Assembly (NCBI RefSeq): GCF_018350175.1
Contig: NC_058383.1
Location: 4,030,001-4,094,000, forward strand
Reading direction: 5' to 3'
Length of the DNA stretch: 64,000 nt
Source of the DNA: Felis catus
Taxonomy: Eukaryota
Each line of letters starts with the position of its first letter. Within the stretch, counting starts at the first letter, position 1. The notes beneath the pieces were generated by a model that saw only the letters and a list, made by a program, of their open reading frames with translations, was not told the DNA's origin and did not search any database. A program made the position numbers and the translations under genes. Below, piece after piece: positions 24,451-37,459 of this stretch.

Positions 24451-25732
24451 GGGGAAAGTGATGGAGATAAGGAGGCTTTTCACCCACCGACGGATAGGTT
24501 GCTTTACCTTTTGGGACCTCCCTTCTCACAAAGTTGGGGCAGAACTTTGTGCCTTGACTTGTTGTCCCAGCCGCTTCTGGAGCAGTGAGCGTGGGTTTCT
24601 TCCTCGTATCCCACCTGCCCTTCTCCCTCGGCCCTCTTCCCCCCACTCTTTCCCCTCTTCAGGTCCTTCTTGTCTCTTCAGGCCCTTCTCCTTGTCTCTT
24701 CATTATCTTAGTGCCCTTTTCCTTTCTTTCCCTTTCTTCTTGTCTCGTTGTTCTTTTTTTAGGTAACTTCGATGTCCTGCCCGAGCAAGAAACAAACTTA
24801 GCCTTAATCCTGGCCTCTGATCTGGGGAGAAACTGAGTCAAGGGGGATGTGGCAGAGAAATACCTGAGGAGTCTTGGTGCTTCAGGGAACGGGCCCATCC
24901 TTAGGGAAAGAGAGGCCCACTGATGCCAACCCATGGATTTGGAACGCTGTTTGTCCAAACGCCTATGGGTTTGAAGCTGATTCTTCAGAGGCTGTCTCGG
25001 TGACCTGTGAGGATAGTTACTAGATGAAGTTTCTGGAGAAGGAAGGAGCTGTGGAAGGGAGGAGAGCCATCTTGGGAAGTGAGTAAGAGGAAGTGATGTA
25101 AGTGAGGAGGAATGGGTCATTGGCTTCATAGTAAGTAGTTGGTCGAGTTGTTGCTGGCGGAATGGAGTCAGCAAAGTAGAAAATGAGATATTTTTTATTT
25201 TTTTTTAATGGAAGAGTTCATTGTAGAATGGCAAGCAGGCATCAAGTCCGTGGCATGCAGCGGGTACTCGGTAGCGCCTCCCCAGAATTGTGAGGTTAGT
25301 GCCGGGTGGCCCGGCAGTGGGACTGCGCTGAGGTTAGAAGGAAGCAGATCACCTTTTCCCACGTGCAGATGAGGAAACTGAAGTTCACAAAGGCTCAGAG
25401 CTGTGCCTGGATCCTAGAGTTGGTTACTGTGGAGTGTGGGCAGGCCCGAGTGTCTTCCCCTGCCCTTCCCACTCTGCCACTGTCTTCTCTACCTAAAAAG
25501 TAGGATTTTGAGGATGGTGAATCTAGGCATCATACTGTAGCAGTCTTTAAAGATTAAAACTGCCAAACGCTTAGTGTTCCACGTGAGTAAAAACCAGCAC
25601 AGCAAAAGCATTTTGAATAACCTGTTGCCAGTGGTTGTGACCGGGATAGACTATGTTATGTGAACCCAGGAAGCGAATAGAACATTTCAAACTGAGATTG
25701 ATTGTTAAGCCCTTAGTGTTTTTTGTTTTTAA

Positions 25733-28700
25733 ATTTTTTTTTAATGTTTTTATTTTTGAGACAGAGACAGACAGATCGCAAGTGGGGGAGGAGCAGAGAG
25801 AGAGGGAGACACAGAATCCAAAGCAGGCTCCAGGCTCTGAGCTGTCAGCACAGAGCCCAGTGCGGGGCTCGAACTCACAGACTGTGAGATCATGACCGGA
25901 GCCGAAGTCGGACGCTCAACCGACTGAGCCACCCAGGTGCCCCAAGCCCTTAGTGTTTTGAGATCGGTTAAGAAACGGTAGCTTTCTGGGTTTTTATGTC
26001 TTGTATAAGTTAGAGAATTTCCAAAACGTTTTCTACCATTTTTTTTTTCCAGCTTTTCACTATTTATCATTTATGCTGAAAGGAAATCAAATATGAGAAC
26101 ATATTCTCTTTGGCTGTTATTTCAAATGGGCTTTCAAATTACATACACAATAGAAAATGTCAGTCTGGCCTGAAGTTAGACCTTTTCACACTTGGAAGTC
26201 ACGTGCTTCCTCACTCCTCAGTGAGTCTGAAAGTTCAGGAGGTTTCTGTGTCATAATTTGGATTTGCCAGAAACCTTGATATACTATGAATGTAAACTGT
26301 TGAGAAATAGTAGGATAGGATTATAGTAAATTATTAAGAAATGGGAAGATAGGATTTAATCATTGATTAAAATGACTAATTTGTCTTGAAGAAACAGACA
26401 TGTTTATGAGGAAAGGCTGTACAGTTTACCCCTTTGTCTCCTTTACCCGTCTCCAGAATTTAATAGAAGAACACAGTTTTTCACAAGACAAAGGTTGTCG
26501 GTCTAGGATCCACATTCACTGTGTTCAGTGAGAAAATCTGGAAGCAATTTCACTTAATAGAATACATGTATGTTACACAATAATGCTTAACAAAAGAATA
26601 TTCCCTGTACACCAAACTATCTGTCCTGCTTTTTGTACTAGTAATATGGTTTCAAATATTGTGTTAATTTTCCTAGGATTCTCATCCTAAAAGTATGAAG
26701 AAGTGCTTTGTTTTTGTTTTTGTTTTTGTTTTTTTACTATTTGTTTGTTTATTTTTTACTTAGAGCAGTGAAAGAGGCACTGAGAACAGTTGTTTTCAGT
26801 CATCTCGCTATTAACTGGTTAGTTCCAATGCTGGTTTCTGAAAGTAACCGTTTGAACGGTTTACTTTGGAGGAATTTTTGGCTTTTGAAATTGAAGTTAA
26901 CAAACTAGTAAGAGTATCCCTGAAATGGAAATGTCAAGGACTAAATTCCTCCAGTGGATGCCGCTCGTCTAGTGGGAAATCTGTGATTTGGCGATGTCCT
27001 TTTTAAACTACACTTCAAAAAGGGGTAGAAGAAAGAAAGGGACTTGATTCTCCCAGTCTCCTGTTGACAGGATTGAAGTTGTTAGTGTCCAGAAAATTAT
27101 AGAGATGCTTGTTTAACTGAGTTTCTCCTACAGTTACAGTTGTTATTCTGGGAAAGTCACTTCTCTCCACTTTTTTCTCATCAGTAAATCGAGAGGCTTG
27201 ATTGTAGATGGTCTTTAAGGATCCTTCAACCTTAAAGTTTTAGGCCATTCTGTCAGCTAGAGGGAGTGTTGGAGGAGGGCAGGACAGTCACCCAGGAGGA
27301 TATTGTCCAACAGCAGTGGCCCGTGGAGAAAAGACTAGTCAGCCATCAGGACTTGGTGTGACCCGTGGGAGAGGCATGGTGCAGGGAAGTTCAGGTTACT
27401 CCCAAGTCTCTGGTTTGGGTCTAGTGTGAACAGTGATTCCATTATGGGGACTCGGTTTGGGGCAAAAGATGAATTCTGCTCGGCTGCTATTGAGTTGTCA
27501 AGGCATCAGGGCGAACCAGCTGGAGGCCTGCGGTGGAAATGCTGGGAGCTGCGGGAAGAGCCTGCTGTGGAGCAGACTTACTAAGTAGGGCCCCAGGGTC
27601 TACGAGGTGTCCTCCTTGGGTTCCTTTTTATGCGTGTGGACTGTTGCCACCTCACTCTAATCAAGTAAGATAGTAGGAAGGGAAAGCCTTTCGGGACTAA
27701 CTATTGGTAAGAGTTTACGAAAGAAAAAGGAGTTAAGAGAAAGATCTGATTCACGCTTTGTTTAGTGGAAATTCACTATCTTGTAGATATTGAGCGCTCA
27801 AGTTTCAATTCAGTGATAGACTTGCAGTTAAAGATGGTGCATCACACGAGGCATTTGTTTTGGCCCCTCCCAAAACCCTACTGAAATGTCAGTCAACGAA
27901 TTACCCAAAGATATATATTTAAGCTTATTTATTTACCGTGGGGAGAGGGGGAAGCAAGGAAGGAGCGGAGAGAGCTTCCCAAGCAGGCTGTCCACACCGG
28001 CCTGACGAGGGGCTCCACCTCCGGAACCTTGAGATCATGACCTGAGCCAAGATCAGGAGTTGGCCAGTCGCTCAACCGACTGAGCCTGACAGCCATCCAG
28101 GCGCCCCTCAAAAAATATTTTAAGAGACTGAAAGCCATAGGATAGGGAGAATGAGGAAGGAGTCACTAGCAACATTCTAGAAGCTAGCAAGTAGTACAGG
28201 AAGGTGATCCCGGATTGCTGGTGGAGAAAGCAGAGAGCCAACCTGGCATAAACTGCAGAATCCCCAAAAGGCTCAGGATTGGCAGCCTAGGGAAGCTCTA
28301 GAAGTGGAATAAAGGGGGGTGTGGTGAAAATAAAGAGGATTGGCCCTCAGCATGTCTCACAAGCACTCACTCTCCCATCCTGGCAAAGGACTTAGGCCTC
28401 GTCTCAAGACTATATAACAGGGTCTCTGGATTTTGACACCAGGCACGGTTGAAGGCCGGGCTGTGGTGTTGAAACGTGGGACTGAGTAAATATAACCTTT
28501 TTTCTAGGATAGTAAGCTGGTTTTTTTCCTTCGGCAGTAAAAGATCTCATTGTGTTACCTTAAAAAAAAAAACAAAACTACACAAACATTTATTGGGGGA
28601 TAAGGTTATTTAATAAGGGAATTTCAAACTTCCTTGTTACTGTGCCTCTCCCATTAATATGTCTGCCATTGTATGGTCAGGCAAATCATGAGAAATTATT

Positions 28701-30088
28701 AAAAGCAGGATCAGTCCCAAAGAGGGATGTATGAACCTGATCATTGGTGTTACCACCCTTTATAAACATCCACTTTTAGGGGGTGCCTGAGTGGCTCAGT
28801 CGGTTGGGCGTCCAACTTCGGCTTGGGTCGTGATCTCACTGTTCCTGAGTTCGAGCCCCGTGTCAGGCTCTGTGCTGACAGCTCAGAGCCTGGAGCCTGA
28901 TTTGGATTCTGTGTCTCCCTCTCTTTCTGCCCCTCCCCCCCCCCCTCTCTCTCTCTCTCAAAAATAAATAAAAATAAAAACATCCATTTTTACTGATAAA
29001 ATACATACTCGAACTATGCCATGGATATATAGGGAAAAATAATTGAAATATTTGTGCTTGTATTTCTTATTGATGGAGGTGCACAGCAGTTTTACAAACC
29101 ACGCAATTAAAATTGTAGCTAAGGTATTTAATATCCTAAAGCAGTTTCTGAATATTTGTAAGGACATCAAAGTTCTGATGTTTGATCACCAAAGTCCAGT
29201 TTTGACAGATTCTTTTGTCCGGAGCATAGAATCAAAATCTAGTTTCTCATAAACCAGTTAAAGCTCATTAAGTTTGCCCATGAAAGAAGCCCTCCCTAAG
29301 CTTGTTTTATATATAGTGTCAATAAGGTTGGCGATTGGGTTTCTAAGTCAACAAATTAGAAAGGGAGAGGAGCTGTTAATCCTGGGGAGAGGGTCACAAG
29401 GAAGTGACACCTCTCTGCGAAAGAATAAATGGAAAATATTTTTAGCAGCTCAACACTACAGTCTGACCATTTGTGGTCACACACACAAAACCCTCATCTC
29501 CTTGGTAGGGTCTGAGAGGGTCACCGTATCGTAATAGTACAGTAGGTTTAATGATCACTCCCATAGGACTCCAGGAAAATGTTAAGAATCTCCCACCCCC
29601 TTGTGATAGGCATACAGGAAAGCATATACAAGAACACCTTTTTCATTTTTTAAGCAAAAATAGTGAGAAAGAATATCGGTGCTTAAAATAGCAACCATTA
29701 GTTATCTGGAAAACATTTCCCAAAAGTTATAGACTGCTGAGATTTTTGTCTTATTTTTAGTTCTCCTGGATATTTATGTTTTTGTTGGCTTCTTTATTGC
29801 TTTTCAAATTATTTACAGGTAAAAATATCTAATTACCTCATTGATACAATTAATTCAAAACAGTGAAGTATTTTTGCAAAAAAAAAGGTAGAAAGAATTT
29901 TGCTTTTTTTTTTTTTTTTTTTTTTTAGTTTAGTTACATATTTTGGGGTCGGGGGGGAGAGATTCCCAAGCAGGCTCCACGCTCTCAGCGCCGAGCCCAA
30001 CACAGGACTCGATCTCACGAACCATGAGATCATGACCTGAGCCGAAATCAAGTCAGACGCTTAACCGGCTGAGCCACCCAGGTGCCCC
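25733..30088. mobile_element. Four CAN-SINEs in WIPI2 introns 1-2 (about 25733-25943 minus, 27925-28107 minus, 28779-28980 plus, 29905-30088 minus)
   Basis: Recognisable SINE heads, (CT)n/(AG)n tracts and A/T tails. Confidence 0.88.
26764..26817 (+). CDS. WIPI2: WIPI2 alternative cassette exon 2 (54 nt, AVKEALRTVVFSHLAINW)
   Basis: T-rich acceptor ttttacttag|, donor TG|GTTAGT, symmetric phase 2-2; the 18 extra codons give the 454-aa WIPI2a length. Confidence 0.8.
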
Positions 30089-31218
30089 AAAGAGTTTTGC
30101 TTTTGTTTATACTTCTAAGATGAACCAATTACAACTTAAAAATTTCATAGTGCTTACAGTAGCTCCATTCTTGGAATACATTTCTTCTACCTATGGGCAA
30201 GAGAAGGGTTGGAAATCTCAAGTTTTTAATAGATGAAATAGCCGTTGAAGTAGCCCTAAGTTTTGTCTTGGTGTGCAGATACTCCCGCTAGGAAACGTCG
30301 GTGTTCAGTCTTTCTAGTCTTCTGGTTTGTCTTCTGCCTCCACTTGTCTGCACGTTTTTCCAGACACTAGATTCAGAACCATCCAGTCGCTGCTTCCTCA
30401 TACGCCCCACGCATCCTGCTTGATTGGCTCGTCCTCTGTTTCTCAGAGCTGGACTTCCTTTTGTTCCCTCCCAGCCCCCCTGCGGTCAGTCACTTTCTGG
30501 AGAGTAGTAATCTTCCGGTGGGGAACTGCTTCACTCAGTGGCCACTGCACCTGTACAGGGTCGGGGGTGGCAGCTGGGGAGCCCGTGAGCTCCCTTCAGG
30601 CCTCCTGGCGAAAGCCGTGGCTTTGGCGTCAGGTGTGAGTGATTTTATCTTTTCCTTGTAGGTCAGCTGTGCAGTCTTCTCATGCCAGCTTCCAAGTTAT
30701 CTTTTCCGTCTGTTTTATTTCCACGCCACTGCTCAGCTATAGTTTCACATAGGTGATTGAGCTGCGCTTGCCGTGGCCCTGCCGAGGCAGAAGGATGTCA
30801 TCGTCCACCATCGTAAATGTCTTTGTTTAAAATTCGGAGCATCCGCCTTCTTCGCTTTTGGACTCACACATAGAGCAGATCACCTGAGGAGCCCCACTTT
30901 GTTTTGAGGGGATCGTTAATTAAGGGCTGATTATTTCCATTTATTTGTCAAAGTAATCTTTAAGGTTTTGTAGGTTTTCAGTAAGAATAAGGTCTGTATT
31001 TTATTGACCTTCACCTTTTCCTGGCTGCGAGCTGGGGCACCTGGCTCTGCCCCTTGCCTCTTTTCTGCTCAGCCAGCGCTCACCCACTACAAACTGTGAA
31101 ATTACTCGTGCTAATTTTCAGTAGAGGTGATGGTTACTAGTTGGTAACATGGAGCTTGTTTTTGCATTATCATTGTCTACACGTATCAGCTCTTATTTCT
31201 GATTTGGCTTTTTTGCAG

Positions 31219-31301
31219 GTCCCTAGCTGTTGGTAGTAAGTCCGGTTATAAATTTTTCTCCCTTTCTTCTGTGGATAAGCTGGAACAGATCTATGAATGC
31301 A
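31219..31301 (+). CDS. WIPI2: WIPI2 exon 3 ([27 protein letters not shown])
   Basis: ttttgcag| acceptor, A|GTAAGT donor. Confidence 0.96.
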
Positions 31302-31842
31302 GTAAGTGTTTGCTTTATTTTTCCCCCTTCTTAAAAACAAAACAAAACAAAAAAATAGACAAAGTATACTTGAATTGGAATGCATTCTCAAATTCTAACA
31401 CTGTGATTAAAGTCCAGACACCCCTTGACCAGTACTCTTCCTTGACCTTGGGCTTCCTGGGATGACAGCTGTGAACGGGTGGTACGTGTTCTCCAAGGTG
31501 TGCGTGTTTGCGTGTTTATAAATGTACTGCGGAGACGCTTGTTTTATGGGTTGTCTTTCAATACACGATATCATGCTGTGTGTAGTGTTCTGTAATTTCT
31601 CCCCATTTTAAATGCCAGTGAAACCATTTATCTTTCTGTTATAAACCACTTCCAGAAAACTGAAAACTTCACAGCCCCCATAGGAATGATTTATTTGACA
31701 TCTTATGGCATTCGAGTGGCCTACATGTCAGAGGCAATATGGACTTGTAGAAGGGTCATATGAGCTTTGACTTCTTGTTCGGTCACTTATTTGTGACTTC
31801 AGATAGATTACTTCATCTTGGATCTCAGTTTCTTTGGTTTTC

Positions 31843-31844
<2 letters not shown>

Positions 31845-31891
<47 letters not shown>

Positions 31892-31895
31892 TGTG
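31845..31895. repeat. (GT)n microsatellite
   Basis: About 25 GT units with one interruption. Confidence 0.95.
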
Positions 31896-32089
31896 CAGTA
31901 GGACTTGCTAAGTAAACGGTAAGCTTAGAGTCCTCCTCCCCAGAGAGAATTTGCTAGAAAGCTTTGGGCTCTTCCTGCATACATAACTTGTTTTCTGTGC
32001 ATGTATGTAGTTATACACATAAAGATATACTTTTGTGTTTGTGTGTGGTTTTGTTTTATATAAGTGAGCTTGTAATGTTTTGCTTTTTA

Positions 32090-33240
32090 TTTTTGTTTTT
32101 AAAAACATAACTTTAAATTGAGGTGATTGTAGATACACACGCAGTTGTAAGAAATAATACAGACCCCATATACCCTTCTCCCGGTTTCCCCCAATGGTAA
32201 CATTTTGCAAAACCACAGTATAATACCACAACCAGGATAGCAAAGTTGATTGCTCCTGATCAGGTTTTCCCAGTTTTACCTGTATGCGTTTGTGTTTCCT
32301 AAGTTCTGTATGGTCTTAACGCCCTTGCAGATTCCTGTTTCCCCCACACACGGCCAAGATGCTGGTTGGTTCTAACAACACAGGGTCCTTCCCGCTGCCC
32401 TTTTATAACCACACCTGTCTCTACCTCCCAGCCCTAATCCCTAGTAGCCATTAATCTATCCTCTCCAAAATGTTGTCATTCCAAAAATGACATGGAAATG
32501 GAAATATGTAACCTTTTGGGACTGGGTTTTGTTTTGTTTTTTGTTTTGTTCTGTTTTGTTTTGTTTTGTTGTTTTTACTCAGCATCATTCCTTGGAAATT
32601 CATCTGAACGGTTGGATGTGTCAGTAGTTCGTTTTTATTACTGAGAAATATTCTGGGGTGTGGATGGACCATAGTGTATCGTCAGTTACCTGTTAAAGAG
32701 CATCTGGGCTGATTCCAGTTTGTGACTGTTATTACAGATAAAGCTGCTGTGAACAGTCATGTATAGAGATGATTGTGTGAACATAAGTTGTTACCTCCCT
32801 GGGATAAATGTCTAAGAATACAATTGTCGGGTCATATGGTAGACCCCCCCCCCCTTTTTTTTTTTTTAAAGAAACTGCCAAAGTATTTTCCAGGTGGCTG
32901 TACCATCTTACATTCCCACCAGTGATGTCTGAGGAATCTGGTTCCTCTGTATCTTCGCTGGCGGTGGATGTTACCGCTGTTTTTCATTGTACCACCTTGG
33001 TCGATATGAACAGTGTTGTCTCATCGTGGTTCTGATTTGCATTTCCTCAGTGGCTGATGATGAGCATCTTTTCGTGGGCTTATTTGCCACGTGTATGTTC
33101 TCTTCAGTGACACGTCCGTGTTTTTGCCTGTGTTCTAATAGGCAGATTTGGGGTTTTTTAATGTAAGGTTTTCAGAGTTCTTTAAATATTCCGTGTACTA
33201 GTCCTTTGTCAGATATGTGGTTTGTAAATATTTTCTCTGT
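32090..33240 (-). mobile_element. Old L1 (L1MC/ME-like) 3' fragment, antisense to WIPI2
   Basis: 'gttgtaagaaataatacagacc', 'aaatgtctaagaatacaattgtcgggtcatatggta', 'gatttgcatttcctc..tggctgatgatgagcatctttt'. Confidence 0.75.
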
Positions 33241-35929
33241 ATGTAACGAGCAGCCCTGAAGGCTGCCCGTGGCCTGACCTCAGTTAAGAATCTTTGTGGG
33301 AGAATTAGGGCTTCCGTACTCACGACCTGCTTGTAATGAGTCACACTGGGGTTTGGATTCGGGGAGAGATGTAACACGTGCCGTTTCACGTACCTGAGTG
33401 AGCGGACAGTTGTGGGGAGCGGGGTCTCCTCCCTCCGAACGGCGTCGGCACCTCCGTTCCGAGCGACTGGCCCCGCGTCGTCCGCTTTGCTCCCTCCGGA
33501 GTGAGCGTTCCACTTTGGAATTCCGCTTCGCCTTCCAGATCTCTGAAGGAGGGCGGTTCATCGAGTAGCGGGATAGGCGTGTCCTTCACCCTTGGGTCCG
33601 TCCACTCCGGGGGCGCTTGCAGAGGGCCTGCTCTGTGCCAGCCTGCCCCGCCCGTGGCGATGCGCTAGCAGCCCCTGCTCTCCTGCCGCTCGCGCTGAAA
33701 TGGAGGAAGACCAAGAACGAGTAAATACATTCGTGTCCAGCGTTCTGCCGGGCACATGGCAGCCGGCACAGACCCAGATACCGCCCCTGCTAACTTAAGA
33801 TGAAGATGTTGGGGGGACGATCTCGTTTCTTCTGCCAATTGCTTGCAATAGGAAGTTCTCGTGGTCCCCTGGGAGGTCAGAGGCTTCCCTGGCCCCTCCC
33901 AGGCTTCGGCCTCCTCCCGGCAGGCAGGTAAGCCTTCGGGTGCCCCCTCGCCTCCATCGGGAGGGTGTGTCCCCCACCCCCACCCCCACCCCCACCCCCT
34001 GCAAGTCCGCTGTTTGTTACTGCCCAAAGGCCAACAGCCAGGCCCTTCCTAGGGACGTAATCAGCGGCCCTGACTCCACGCTTCCTGTGGGCTGCCTTAG
34101 ATTTTGCTCCTCCTCTGTCCTCAGACTTGGCCTGCTGATGTTCACTAAATCTTCCTTCCAGAAAGCTTTTCTTTCTAGTATGGAGCCAGAAGATGTGATG
34201 TGGGTGATAAGATAGCTGTGAGCTAGTGTGCTTGCTTGTCTCGAGTGGGGCCAGGAGTTGTGCAGATCTCCAGACTGGCCACCTCCCCACTTCCCCGTGG
34301 CCCCACGCAGGATTGTTCCCGATAGGGCTTCTTCAAAGAAGGGTAGCCGGTCTCTGGATTCCATTGGGCCTTTGTGAATGACTGAAACCTTTACTGACAC
34401 CGTACCCAGGGGAGCCCGAGTTGTGCTATGACCTGGTTGCTGTGATGAGTAGGGCCATCTGCTTTGAAATCCACAGAATCCACCCCCCGCCACGCCGCCA
34501 TTTGGAACCCAGTGCTTAGAAAGGGGGTAAGAAGACCAAAACCTGGTCTTTACTTCTCAAATTGAATCAGTTTAATGAGTCACCTGATTCCTTGAAGTTT
34601 ATTTACTGATTTTTTGGTGTCTTGTTTTTTAAAGGTTTTTGGTGGAACAAAAACAAAACGTGATGTCTTGATAATACTGTGCAAAGAGTGGGTATTTACT
34701 GACCAACACCGTGAGGTGGAACATAGGCTCCTTTGTTCTTAGTGAACTTGGACCCTTAGAAATAGATGATGAAATGGACAAAGAATTTTTCGAGGGTTAA
34801 TACTTTAAACTGGAAGTGATTGAATTCTTTTGCTCCTGGAGCCTTCTGCGCCTTTCCCCCCTCACATACACTTTTATGGAGTAGATAAAAGAACGTCCCT
34901 TCAAAAACAGGTTAACTGCTGAACCGAGATTGTTCTCTGGAGTTTTTCCACAAATAGACCCAGAGCAAAGAACACACTTGATGCCTGGCCTCGCTGTTTG
35001 CTGCAGGCCCAGCGTTGGCCTTTCCCTCATAATCTCAAGCATGCATCACAAACTCAGATCTTTGCTCTCGGTCGCTGTTGCTGTTACAGAAAAAATGAGC
35101 CAGAACTGGTCTTGGGAAGAGCAAGATGGACAACTGCTTGTTTCTCTGTTTGTTCAAACAACAGCAACAGAAAGCCTTTTGCCCAGAATCAGTGGAAGAT
35201 ATTTTCCTATCGTACTATTGTAATCTCTGGAGTTGCAAGAGCTCCCGTGTACGCCTTGCCCGCTGTCTGTGCCTGCCTGTTTGTTTTGTCATTCTCTTTC
35301 TCTCTGTCCTTTGTGTGTGTGAAGATGCATAATGTGCACATGTGTGGTCTGCCTTCCCTGTGAAGGGTGTGTGGTCGTTACTTGTAAAATATCACTTAGG
35401 TTGGGAGGAAAAGTTGGCTCTTTTACATTCTATATTGTGCGTGTTTGCATTTGTAAGTTTCTGAGCTAGGAAAACATGCGTCAGGAGGCACTCGGTTGTG
35501 AAATCGAACATAAGCAGCGAAAGTGACCAGAGCCTGATTCGACATCCGCGGCGCCTCCACAGACCTAGAGCGCGTCTCCTCGGGAGGCCAACCCTTCTTG
35601 ACCGGACAGGCATCATCTGCGTCCTACGGGTTGAGAAACGGTGCTTTTTGAGATCGTTCTGATTTGACACACAGCTGGTTCGAGTGTCAATTTCAGTGGG
35701 CCGTATAGCTTTGGATCTTAAGGGGAGAGGTCCAGTAGCCTCTCTGCGTAAATCTGCCGTGATGAGGTTTGGGCTCTTGCCTCTCTTGAGAGCTGCAGGC
35801 ATCCGACAGACACGCCTCGTTTACAAGTGTGTTATGTCACTTGTTTCATGGTTTCTTCTTCGCTTCTTAGTGCTTTAGAGGTGTTCTCATTGCCAGTTCT
35901 AAGTAGTGCCAGCAGAAGCAAACAGCATT

Positions 35930-36550
35930 CTTTGGGGGGGGGGGGGGTAGCTCACCAGCAGGGGAAGGGGCAGATGGAAGAGAGAATCTTAAGCAGACTC
36001 CATGCCCCACATGGAGCCCAACAGGGTGTCGATCCCATGACCCTGGGATCATGACCAGAACGGAAGTCAAGAATCGGATGTCCCTAGCGTTCTTTTTCAC
36101 ATCAAGTAATTCTAGGGGCGCCTGGGTGGCTCGGTCAGTTAAGCATCTCATTTCAGCTCAGGTCGTGATCTCATGGTTTGTGGGTTCGAGCCCCACGTTG
36201 GGCTCTGTGCTGACAGCTCAGAGCCTGGAGCCTGCTTCAAGTTCTGTGTCTCCCTCCCTCTCTGCCCCTCCCCTGCTCACACTCTGTGTCTCAAAAAATA
36301 AAATAAACATTAAGAAAAAGGGGCACCTGTATGGCTCTGTCGATTAAGTGTTTGACTTTGGCTCAGGTCATGATCTCACGGTTCGTGAGTTCGAGTCCCA
36401 TGTCAGGATCTGTGCTGACGGCTCGGAGCCTGGAGCCTGCTTCAGATTCTGTGTCTCCCTCTCTTTCTGTCCCATCCCCGCTCATATTCTGTCTCTGTCC
36501 CTCTAAAAAATAAACAAACATTAAAAAAAATAAACATTAAGAAAAAATTT
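35930..36550. mobile_element. CAN-SINE trio (minus about 35930-36085; plus 36114-36320; plus 36321-36550 inserted in the tail of the previous copy)
   Basis: Duplication AAATAAACATTAAGAAAAA flanks the third copy. Confidence 0.88.
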
Positions 36551-37459
36551 AAATCAAGGAATTTGTTTCTTAAATTTTGTACAGGGTATCTCTAGGAAGA
36601 ATGTTTGTCAAAAACTGTGGCCAAGGCCACCTAGAATGGTCCTTGAGAGCAAAGCTTTCCGTGACCCTTGAGGTCATCGAGTTCACACTTTCTTAGTGGT
36701 GGCTCGAGTGCTCATCGGTGCCATTGTCTCCTTAACAGGCCACCTCCAATAATTACAAATGTTCAGCCTCGTTTGGCCTTGTTTCTCTTGCTTTTCATTC
36801 AGTTGCAGCGCCCTGTAACCGGCCCTACGCGTGTGCACCCTGGTTTCGTGGAGGGCCGAGCTGTGTGGACTTGAGTTTGCCGGGAGGTGACCGCACTGGG
36901 CACGTGCACTCTGAGCATCTTTCCGCGTTGAAACGTGCTCTAGGGAGTGTGGTGTCATGTGAAAATGGCAAAGAGCTTCTTGAAACCGCACGGTAGAAAA
37001 TTAACAGACCCAAACCACCCGACAGTCCGTGAAGACCGGTGGCTGCGTTCCCAACAAGATGCAGGCCGTCGGTGCCGTGGACGTAAAGGAACTCTGACCC
37101 TGAAGCGGATCTTTTGGGGGTGTTGCCGCTTCCTCTGTGGTGCCAGACACGCGTTAGCTGCGGGGTGACCTGGTGCGTCAGCCCTGCACGCGGGGCCTCG
37201 GCCGTTCCTAGTTCCTGGCTCCTTTGGTAGTCTGATGAGTTGCAGCGGTTTCCCCCAGAAAACCCAGTAGTTCGTATGTGAGCGGGTGGTTTGAGAGACC
37301 TCGAGGCCCGCGTGAGCGTGGCAGGATTCAGGGCGCCGGGGTCTCCCAGAAGACCCCCCTCCTCAGAGGCTCCGCCTGACAACTCGTGTCCACCCTCCGT
37401 CCCTGATGCCCTACGCTTCTTACATCGGCTCTTAACATCTTAGGATGCCAATTCGCCCA

